64,000 nucleotides of DNA from assembly GCA_973895155.1 (NCBI GenBank), contig OZ316899.1, forward strand, positions 6,513,241-6,577,240, written 5' to 3'. The notes under the pieces were generated by a model, which searched no databases, was not told the DNA's origin, and was given only the letters and a program-made list of their open reading frames with translations. Source of the stretch: Marsupella aquatica (taxonomy: Eukaryota > Plantae > Marchantiophyta). Shown here one piece after another: positions 26,301 through 35,285 of this stretch (positions are counted from its first letter, which is position 1; the number at the start of each line of letters is the position of its first letter). The position numbers and the translations under genes are program-made.

Positions 26301-26648
26301 TCATGGACAACAGTGAACAAGGATGCCTAATGGTGGTATTTGTGTTCCATATATCCCTGACTGTATTTGCCAAAAGAGTTAACATAACGTGTAATAAATG
26401 TACACAAACCCTAAACCACCCCAAAAGAAAAAAACAGGTTTGCAAGCAGTGTACCTATTGTCAAGCGAATGACACAAAATTCCTAAATGTTGGAGGGTGT
26501 CACCACCTCCTCCGCTGTCCTCAAATGTACCGCCTCTGCATGTACACCCATGACCATATCAGAGTCCAATCATGTATAGTCAAGGCACAGGTGTGAGAGC
26601 GGTATCAGATATCTCACCTTATTACTAGGTGAGATATGGGTACCAACC

Positions 26649-27263
26649 CTATTCTTGATGCCACTCAGACCTCAGGTACTCAGGCATGTACATTAAATCA
26701 TCAAGGTCTAAACCCTGCTCATGCCATGGGGGTCTTGCATCCATGCCTACAAGCAATGGATGCAATGCCCTCCACTGGGGGCAAGTTGCTACCAAGTCCC
26801 TCCATCGGGTATTAATTTGTCTATATTTGCAAATATCTTGTGCGCAGGACACCACAAGAACCCTCAGCCAAACATGTGAAAGAACTATATCATCTGCCAA
26901 ATCAGGCAACAAGGAACCACCTGCAACATTGTGCTTGTCTAACTCATCTGCTGAAAAGTAGATGTCCTCTTCGGACTGTGCATCCTCATTCACCATAGAT
27001 TCCTTGTCTCTTGCATCCTCAAGCGGTGCCAAGAATTTTTTTAGCACCAACCCATGCAGGAGAGTCCTAACTGTGGCCAGCCATATGGCAACCCGGAGGA
27101 GGAGCCGTAATAGCTGTTGTTGATCTAGGAAAGGCAACATATCCACCAAAGTTTGCCGCCAAGATTTGAGCCCACCCAGTACGTTTACAGTGACACCCCC
27201 AGGCAGCAGGAAACAACAATCCACCAACAGTAAAATAAGTCCAACTGCCACCAACCATAACAA
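26649..27263 (-). CDS. ORF with F-box-like motif upstream of the CACTA-2 transposase
   Basis: LLPDLADDIVLSHVWLRV...CKYRQINTRWRDLV fits the F-box pattern LPxLPxDI...LRxVxxxWRxL; true start uncertain. Confidence 0.55.
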   Translation of the reverse strand: MLWLVAVGLILLLVDCCFLLPGGVTVNVLGGLKSWRQTLVDMLPFLDQQQLLRLLLRVAIWLATVRTLLHGLVLKKFLAPLEDARDKESMVNEDAQSEEDIYFSADELDKHNVAGGSLLPDLADDIVLSHVWLRVLVVSCAQDICKYRQINTRWRDLVATCPQWRALHPLLVGMDARPPWHEQGLDLDDLMYMPEYLRSEWHQE

Positions 27264-27564
27264 GGTACATTAGTTCAAAGTTCACATTTATTTCAATGAT
27301 GTGATTTATACAAAAAAACTTGTGTCCAAATTGATGCTACTCCTCACTCTGATTCAAAATCGCTAATGACCCATTCCTCACTTGTTGTCTCATAGTCCTC
27401 TTTGTAAGGATCAAAGTCAAAGTCAAATTCTAAGCTCCACGACGACCCAATGAGTCAAGGGAGCTGTGGCAAAAAATCCAAATACAAAGCAAAGAAATGA
27501 GTCAAATGCTCATGTGAGGATCTCTACATCCTCACTAATAACAAACTAAGGACCTTAAGAGTCA

Positions 27565-30500
27565 CTAATGTGTAATGCTATCACATTGTTTCCTATCCAC
27601 TGCCATGATATACAATCCAAGTTGCTTTGGTGGCAACCTAAATAGATCATGCAGATCAGAAACAAGGATTTGATGTGCTATTCGAATCTCCTCATACCGT
27701 CTACATGCTATGAACACATGATATTCATTCTCAATGCTGCCACTATCACAGAGTCTACACACCCTATCCTGCCTCCTAATTCCCTTCCATCTACCCTCCT
27801 CTATCTCCAAGTGATGTGAGCTGAGTCTATATCTAGCAATCACTTGTCTCAACCTCATAGAAATGGGAGCTCTAAGATACTCTTGTTCTTCATACAACAT
27901 CATGGGGTTTACATCCCTCATAAAATACTGTAATCTAGGGCTAGGATCACTCCAAAGTTTTCTAATAGCTTTATCACGCAAGAGTGACCAAAGCTTCTTT
28001 GGTTGAGTATGCCATTCATGCTCAGATAAGTCCCATGATTGGGCCCAGCTACATACATCAGCATACCAACCAAAAGCTCTAGATATGTGAAAGGCTTGCG
28101 TAGGTAGCCTAGAATCATTCAATGCCTCCACTCTCCTAGCATATTGAAGAGTGTGATAGAGAGCTTCAACCTCCAATGGTAGAAGACCTACCTCAGCCAA
28201 TAACAAGGGGTATGGGGTTTGGGTTTTCACTCCAAGCTCCATCTCCAAGAAAAGCTTTTGGATGGCCTCTACCTTTTTCCAACAAGATTGAGAAGTAGAA
28301 GGGCCCCATACTTGCACCCCATAAAGAATAACAGGCCTTACCAAGGAATTGAAGAGTTGTTTCTTCAACTTCCAAGCAGAAAGGCTTGCTCCCTTGCACT
28401 TCTGAACCATGCTGTAGAAGGCCTTGTAACCATGAGCCACCCTATGCGTCACACATGTAGCCCAACTCATGCTTCGAGAAAACTCCACCCCAAGATACTT
28501 GTAAGAGGTCACCATCTCCACCTTTTCACCTGCAAAATAGAGAGAAAGCTCTTGCTTTGTACCAAGTACAAGGCACTTGGTCTTCCTCATGTTGACCTGC
28601 ATGTCTGATTGTTTGCAAAAATGCTCTAGGGCTAGAAGATGTTGTTGCAAATCAGATTGGGAGTGAGCTAGAAGCACCACATCATCTGCAAATATAAGAA
28701 GTTGGATGGCCAGTGTTCCCAACTGAGAACCTACGCCTCCCATCTCCTCTAGCAAATCATGTAGTTGGTCAATGAAGATCCCAAAGAGCGTTGGAGATAG
28801 TGGGCAGCCTTGGATCACACCAAGTGTGCTAGGAACCTCCTCATAGCTACTACAAGAGAATCTAATCATTACCTTTTGATACAATTGTGCAATAGAGCCT
28901 ATTCTCATCTCAAGAGGAACTTCGAGACTAATCAACTGCTCCCAAAGCTTGTGTCTACAAACCCTATCAAATGCTTTGGAGAAGTCTACAAACAAGCAAA
29001 ATAGAGGTAGCTTGAGTCTTTTAGCCCTCTCCTCTAACACTCTAAGGCAAAGCATGTGATCTAGAGTACTAAAACCTGCCCTAAAACCAGCTTGTGATGA
29101 TGCTCTTTTCATGTGTTTTTCAACCCAAGAACTAAGTCTAGCTTCTAGTAGTCCTCCTAAAACTTTAGCAAAGATACTAGCTATCATGATAGTCCTATAG
29201 TTGCTCACCTCATTCTTAGAGCCTCCCTTGTGAATAGGTACCAATCTCCTTGTACTCCAATCTGGAGGTAAGCCACCTTGGACCACTTGATTCAAACATG
29301 CAGTGAGTGCTGATACCAAAAAAGATCCACCCCATTGTAGGAGCTCCACTATGAACCCTTGCAAATCTGCAGCCTTGCCCTTTTGCATTCTAGATAGTTG
29401 AGTTTGCACCTCTATATCTGAGAATTGAATAGCTTCCCCAATCTCCAAAGGCATGGAAGTAGCTTCGGGATAGAAGTAGAGAGACTTCACATAGCTTACC
29501 AATGTTTGTTGTTCCAAGCAAATATCTTCTTTTTTCACCTGAAATCTCTTCCAAAAGCCTTTAGGATTCTCTTGAAGTTCTTGGGAAAGCACTTGTTGAT
29601 GTTGCCTCATGAAGCATCTCTTCTTGTGCTTCACAAAGTTACTATACATTCTCAATGCAAGTAACTTTACATCTTCAGCTTGTGCCATGCCCCTCCTTCT
29701 AGCTTCTACACACTCTGCATCAAACCATGCTTTCATGGTTTGGTTTGTGGACAATGATCTTTTAGAGAATACAGTAGTAGCTGCTTTTGCTATCAGTTGT
29801 GATAGTTCCAACGCATTGGAATGTGTTGGTAGTAGGGCCTCAATCTCCCCTCTAAATACATCAGCCTTATCATGATCCATAAAGAGTTTAGAAATATGTC
29901 TTTTCCTTGTTATCCCCTCTCTAAAACTTGTGGCCAAATCTAGATGAAATAACAAGGGTAGATGTGAAAACTCTGGTTGTTGATCAAGTATTCTAAAATC
30001 AATCACTCTACTAGCTGAAGATGGTGATGCTAGGAGATAATCAATGGTGCTACATCCTTGGCTTGATCTAAATGTATAACTTGATGAATGAGGAAATCTT
30101 TCAAGCCCATTCAATATTCTCAGATTACAAGAAGCTCCTAATTGTAGAAAATGGGGTGTCATATCATTTACCCTAGTATTTATAGCTTTTCTCAACCAAG
30201 ATGAGTCTTCATTACATGATATCCAAGGCAATGCCCCCAAATCTCCACTATCAATGAATTGTTGGTGAGACACTCTAGCATTAAAGTCTCCCACTATCCA
30301 TGTCTCTCCTAGTACTGGTACATCATGTATAACTTGAATCAAGTTATGGAATGGATATTGTGCATTAGCAGTTCCCATCTTGTACACATTCATGCTAAGT
30401 GGGGCAAAATAGGTGGCAATTAGAAATGATGGAATACCTCTAGTATGTAGTCTCACCACCATGAATTGCTTGCTTGGATCTTCATGCTCAATAGATGTCA

Positions 30501-30738
30501 TGTGTTGAAGATGATTCTTGGTGTAGACTGCAATACCTCCGAACCCTCTTCCCCTTGTGGTGTTCTTTTTATTGAAGAGAGATCCAATGCAAGTAAAATC
30601 CTTGATGCTAGGTAGATCATTCTCCTCATACTGCCAAGTCTCCAGGAAGAGCAGGATGTCAGCATTCTCAAACAAGGGTTCTCCTCCTATTGCTGATTCT
30701 ATGGAAAGTCCTGAAATATTCCATGCCATGACTCTCAA
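27565..30738 (-). CDS. LINE-A ORF2: APE endonuclease + reverse transcriptase + C-terminal CCHC
   Basis: AWN, ETW, GDFNA, IDY, SHLPL (APE); QAGFR, FVDFSKAFD, QGCPLSP, FADD, YKYLG (RT); CRLC...ENEYH...C. Confidence 0.97.
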   Translation of the reverse strand: MRVMAWNISGLSIESAIGGEPLFENADILLFLETWQYEENDLPSIKDFTCIGSLFNKKNTTRGRGFGGIAVYTKNHLQHMTSIEHEDPSKQFMVVRLHTRGIPSFLIATYFAPLSMNVYKMGTANAQYPFHNLIQVIHDVPVLGETWIVGDFNARVSHQQFIDSGDLGALPWISCNEDSSWLRKAINTRVNDMTPHFLQLGASCNLRILNGLERFPHSSSYTFRSSQGCSTIDYLLASPSSASRVIDFRILDQQPEFSHLPLLFHLDLATSFREGITRKRHISKLFMDHDKADVFRGEIEALLPTHSNALELSQLIAKAATTVFSKRSLSTNQTMKAWFDAECVEARRRGMAQAEDVKLLALRMYSNFVKHKKRCFMRQHQQVLSQELQENPKGFWKRFQVKKEDICLEQQTLVSYVKSLYFYPEATSMPLEIGEAIQFSDIEVQTQLSRMQKGKAADLQGFIVELLQWGGSFLVSALTACLNQVVQGGLPPDWSTRRLVPIHKGGSKNEVSNYRTIMIASIFAKVLGGLLEARLSSWVEKHMKRASSQAGFRAGFSTLDHMLCLRVLEERAKRLKLPLFCLFVDFSKAFDRVCRHKLWEQLISLEVPLEMRIGSIAQLYQKVMIRFSCSSYEEVPSTLGVIQGCPLSPTLFGIFIDQLHDLLEEMGGVGSQLGTLAIQLLIFADDVVLLAHSQSDLQQHLLALEHFCKQSDMQVNMRKTKCLVLGTKQELSLYFAGEKVEMVTSYKYLGVEFSRSMSWATCVTHRVAHGYKAFYSMVQKCKGASLSAWKLKKQLFNSLVRPVILYGVQVWGPSTSQSCWKKVEAIQKLFLEMELGVKTQTPYPLLLAEVGLLPLEVEALYHTLQYARRVEALNDSRLPTQAFHISRAFGWYADVCSWAQSWDLSEHEWHTQPKKLWSLLRDKAIRKLWSDPSPRLQYFMRDVNPMMLYEEQEYLRAPISMRLRQVIARYRLSSHHLEIEEGRWKGIRRQDRVCRLCDSGSIENEYHVFIACRRYEEIRIAHQILVSDLHDLFRLPPKQLGLYIMAVDRKQCDSITH

Positions 30739-30750
30739 GGTCCCAACCCA

Positions 30751-31488
30751 TCATTTAGAGGCATCTCTCTTCCTTTGGGTCACAAAAGCTTGCCCATTGC
30801 GCAGATATGCTACCAATCCTTGATCCTTGGCTGCCCTCACCTTGTCAAGCTCAATCTTCCTTGCTTGCACTTGGGTGGGAGTCAGATCATCATCCAACCA
30901 AATCCTTTGACCCTTGAGCATGCTCCTATTAACCATCACTCTAACTTTCTCAGATTCCATGCCAAACTTGACCAAGATTGGATGTGGAAGATCACCCTTC
31001 TTTTGTCCAATCCTGTATGTCTGCAAAATGGTAGGTTCATGCACTTTCAAGTGAGATTGGAAGAAGGAAGTGACTACCTCTTTGGTGTTCTCCTTTTCCA
31101 CCTCCACCACCCTTGATATCTTGCAATTATTCACTCTTGCATGTTGGTTCTTCTGTTCCTCCTCCAGTAATCTTCTCTCCTCTTCCTTGGTTTGGATAAA
31201 CTCCATGTGTGATTGTTTGGCTGCTTCAACATATGTCTTTAGCTTCTCCTCCATCAAGTCCACGGTGTTGTTCTCTTTTAACCTCTCACTCATCCCAACT
31301 GTATGTTCAGCAATCACCCTAGTGACCTTGATAGAGCCACCCAACTCAATCCTCAACTCATGGATCTCTTTCCTTTGCTCCTCCACTACTCTCACAAGAG
31401 TAGCCAATTGGGCTTTTTGGTCAGCCATCTCCTTTGTAAGCCCTTTCAACAAGGACATCACATCCTCCAAACCCACTTGGTCCCCCAT
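30751..31488 (-). CDS. LINE-A ORF1 (coiled coil + RRM-like)
   Basis: 245 aa; NNCKIS..E, YRIG..K..PHPILVKF, IWLDDDLT; homologous to 55422-56195. Confidence 0.9.
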   Translation of the reverse strand: MGDQVGLEDVMSLLKGLTKEMADQKAQLATLVRVVEEQRKEIHELRIELGGSIKVTRVIAEHTVGMSERLKENNTVDLMEEKLKTYVEAAKQSHMEFIQTKEEERRLLEEEQKNQHARVNNCKISRVVEVEKENTKEVVTSFFQSHLKVHEPTILQTYRIGQKKGDLPHPILVKFGMESEKVRVMVNRSMLKGQRIWLDDDLTPTQVQARKIELDKVRAAKDQGLVAYLRNGQAFVTQRKRDASK

Positions 31489-31919
31489 GAGGTCCTCCTT
31501 TCCAGTTCCAAAGCAATCTCCAAAGATGTGTATACTGGTGCAAGCTCTAATTTCTCCAAGCCCTAATTTGTCAAATCCCTAATGTTTTAAATCGGACCAA
31601 GAGCAAAGACAAACTCTAGCTATTTTGTGAAGGATCAACACTTCTCACAACATCTATAATCAAATTTTCTAGAAGCTTGGGAGCATGAATCTAGCACAAC
31701 TTAACCATAAAGCTCCCAAGAAACTCAAATCCCTAAAATTATGAACTTTTAGTTTCAAATCCCTAAAAAATCTGCAATGGTGGCTTCACAAAAACAGTAA
31801 ATAGCTCACAAGTAGTGTCAAGCTTTGGAGCTATTTTCAAATAGGAAGATAGTAGACCTCAAGGCGCTCCTAATGAGCCCAAGAATGTCCCTAGAGTTGT
31901 CTCACAGCCCGAGCAATCA

Positions 31920-32851
31920 ATGGGCCTCTTTTCTACTTGCTTCAATGCTGCTATGATGTTTGCAGGAGGTTTTTGAAGTCTTGCTGCTTGAGCTGCCCAC
32001 TGTCGAAGGTTCAGTTGGAGGGGGGCCATGTCAATATCCTCCCCGGCAGCTCGCTTTTCTTCTGCAATCCTGATTTTGTTGTCCCAATGTCGTCTCTTTA
32101 GCCAGGCTCGAACAGAGAGCTCCTCCTCAAGCCAAGCTGTCCATGCATCCTGGGGAATCACATCTCAACACTGGTGCTCCCTGCCCACCTCTGCATCTAT
32201 TGGCAAATCAGTAAGGTAATCCCTCATCGTCTCCCGCACATGATTCCTTGCATCTAAAACAGAGGCTGAAATTTGACTGTTTAGAAATCTGTCTTCAAGG
32301 TGGGCTCCGTTCTTGAATCTTTCTTTGATCTGCTCCCAAACCTTGGTCCTCTCCTCCTCTCTTTTCTTACCCCAGTAGTCTAGTGGCCCAAAATTTGCCC
32401 TCACAACCTGCAAGAATTGGCTGCGGAACAAATTGTAGCTCCTAGGCATTGGAGCCCCACCTGAATTGATAGCCAACTCAGGTTGCAGAGCCCTCTCAGC
32501 CTCCCTTCGCCTTTGCTCCTCAACTCGCAGCCTCTTTGCCTCCCTAGCTTCTCTTCGAAGCTTTTTCTCCCTTTTCCGAGGAGAGAGAGCCTCCTCACCA
32601 TTTGCCCTAGCCCTCTCCGCCTCCTTTCTCTTCTTCCTCGCCTCTTTCTCTGCTGCGAGGCCTGCTGCAGCAGCCTTCTCTGCCTCACCTTTTGAGGCAT
32701 CAAGCAAAACCTGAAGCACCGGGACTACTCTTGCTGCATCCTCCACTGAAAGCCCTGCCTTGGCCACAAACAACTCCCTCATTATCTCCTCATATGGCCG
32801 GGATGGCCCAGCCCCGTCTCCCCCATCACCCGATCCTCCTTCCCCCACCAT
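31920..32851 (-). pseudogene. CACTA-3 divergent TnpA-like gene, 3'-truncated
   Basis: VVRANFG...WGK...QIKERFKNGA aligns with MVRSNFA...WGK...QIKDSFRNGA of 12301-13425; internal TGA at 32165. Confidence 0.7.
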
Positions 32852-33857
32852 CTCTCCTCCTTCCCGAGCTCCTCCCCTCTCGGCCTTAGAAAATTTTCTG
32901 AAATGACTGATGTGCAAAGGAAGCCCCGTAGTGTACGCCTTCGCAAGCGCATCGGGATTTACGGATTTCAAATTTTGAATCAAGTCCGATTGTTTCTGCT
33001 TCGGAACATCCATAGCGTATAGTATTGAATGTCAAATCGGACCTTCCGATGCGTGTTGCATCGGACCTCTCCTCCGGCTTGTTATTCCTCGCTTTTATGA
33101 AGTGTGATACGTTGGAAACGGTATCGGACCCCTCGTGTAATGTTATCAGATAGGGGGTTAAGTAGGGCTTATGTAGGGGTCATGTAGGTGTATGTGGGAA
33201 GGACCGGTTGTATTAACATTTAATCGTCATGTATGTTTGAATCAGGTTTTATAGGGCCATACATGTAGACACATACCGTAGGAGGTTGGCAACGGTGTCG
33301 TGGATGTGATATATCGACCTTCTTGCAATTTTGGGGTTTGTACCTGAATCCAGATTTTTTTGTGATATACTTTGGTTATCCATGTTCAATTTGCTAATAT
33401 TTGTCTTTGGGTTTGATGTGCAGTACCTTGGTTTTGAAGGGGTGGTTAGGTTTTTGTAGGGTGTTAGCTAGGTAGGTTATTTTGCAATGCACTATGCACA
33501 GTGTGAGACCGCGCATCCAAAAGGTATGATGCCCCATCCATTTATTCCTTGATCCTTTAGGCTATTTCAGGTTTGGCATGCAAGTTTTTATCATATGTGC
33601 TTGAGCTTGTTTTCGGCAATTGTAGATCATGCATGCTCATTATGAAAATGTCCACCTTGTAGAGATTTTGGATATCCCCACACTTTGTGTGTAGAGAATA
33701 CGGCCTAGTAGGCACGGCAGAGCGCGGGTATCATTGAGGTATAGCAAGTGTTGTATATATGTCTCTCATTCAATTGTTTTTCTAGACATAAATATTTGTC
33801 TTGCTGGTTTTTTTCTTTCATCCAACATATTGTCATGGTTGTATGATATATATGCAG

Positions 33858-34091
33858 ATGTCTGCTTCCGATAGTTCCACGTCGGATTCAGACTCAAACA
33901 CGAGCTCGTCTGAGGAGGAGGTTCCTCCACCCCCTCCTCCAGACCAACCTTGTGCTCGGCCACTAGGGTCCATACCTTGTTGGTGTGTGAGATGTAAGGG
34001 ACTTGTGGTTCGACATGCCTGGGAGACTTGTGAGCACATCAAGAACTATGGTCGCCACAAGGGTGATACACCAGGGTATTTGCCTAGCCAG
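33858..34091 (+). CDS. First coding exon: Ser/acidic and poly-Pro stretch plus transposase-associated Zn motif
   Basis: CWCVRC...TCEHIKNYG; ends CAG|GTAATA (phase 0). Confidence 0.75.
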
Positions 34092-34216
34092 GTAATAAAT
34101 ACGTCCCTCCTTCATTCCATGAAATTCCAATAATTAGTCCACAAATGCTAAATTACTTTACATCTAAACAACAATTCATGTATTGATTTGTGTCAAATCA
34201 TTGTTCGTTGAAATAG

Positions 34217-35151
34217 GTGCCTCGTAGACCCCCACCTCCTCTGGTTGATAATGCTATGTGGTTGGAAGGGTTTCTAGCAAGGGCTAGTGAGTTGCTTGCA
34301 TCTGCCCTTGCCCATCCACCTCTTAGTCCCCCTGCTCCTATCCCCACACATGCGCATGTAGACGAGGATGCACCGGTCTCTCGACCCGAGGAAATGGATA
34401 CTAGGGTCCTACGTACACGTTCACGGTCTCGCAGACGTAGACGACAATATGAACCAGTGGAGCAGGTAGAGAATCGGGAGGAGGCGTTACATAGTGATCG
34501 ACCACCCGGAAATGGAGATTATATTTGTGTTGAGGGCCGGTTTGGACTATCTTATCTCATTGGTAGGGCTGCTGATGTTTGGAAGGACTTTTCTCCTAGT
34601 CTCTTCAAATTTCCAGATTTCATTCATACTGATGAACCAGTTGACATATGGGGTCGGCCTTGGATAGTGAAGGCATCCTCTATTGGTGCTGATATAGGAT
34701 ATGGTCTATATGCTTTGGAGGACATTGTGGTCCCTCCAAAGCCATGGAGACGTGGAGAGCACCTTTTCCCTTACATTGGGGCTGTATATAATGCAAAGAG
34801 TTGGAAGACTTTGTTGCGTCAGCACCCAAGCTGGGGGTGTACGCCTTGAGGATGGACTTAGACCCAGATGAGGTTTTGACTAGGCCGTGGCATTGTAGGA
34901 TGATTGATGGTGACCCTATTCAGAATGGTAATTTAGCAGGGTACATCAATAGTACAACGGGTAGAGGTAGAGATTTTGAGGCTAATGTAGAGTGGATCCA
35001 AATTTTTGGCCCTCCTAGAGATCCGTATTTTGTGAAACATATGGATGACCATATCATGACAGTAGCCATTAGGACTATTAGAGCTGGTGAGGAGATATTG
35101 TGTGAGTATGAGTGGGACGCCCCAAAATTGTCCCTACGTTGCCATCCATGA
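34217..35151 (+). pseudogene. SET-domain exon inside CACTA-3; 1-nt frameshift in the G run at 34833-34837
   Basis: VKASSIGADIGYGLYALEDI, FPYIG, IDG..GNLAGYINS, ANVEW, VAIRTIRAGEEILCEYEW; acceptor AAATAG|GTG. Confidence 0.88.
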
Positions 35152-35285
35152 TAGTATGTTGGACTTACATGCATGTAAATCTTACATTGAATTAATGAGA
35201 TTCATGATGATTTATATATATATATATATATTGATGATTGTAATGAGATTAATGTTAATGAGATTGCATTGATGTTGTATGATAG

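Larger units (their letters stand above)
17614..27410 (-). mobile_element. CACTA-2 (En/Spm), no SET exon; other end lost at the LINE junction
   Basis: CACTAGAAGAA terminus at 17614; GTGAC/GTCAC subterminal repeats 17640-17960; Tnp2 and TnpA-like exons all on the minus strand. Confidence 0.88.
27411..31920 (-). mobile_element. LINE family A, apparently full length with both ORFs open; (TTTGAC)n tail
   Basis: ORF1 + ORF2; 3' UTR ends tttgactttgactttga; 5' boundary approximate; no TSD seen. Confidence 0.92.

Noticed and set aside
26609-26637. 11-bp perfect hairpin as a terminator or Helitron end
   Set aside because: No downstream CTRR or other supporting context; single occurrence
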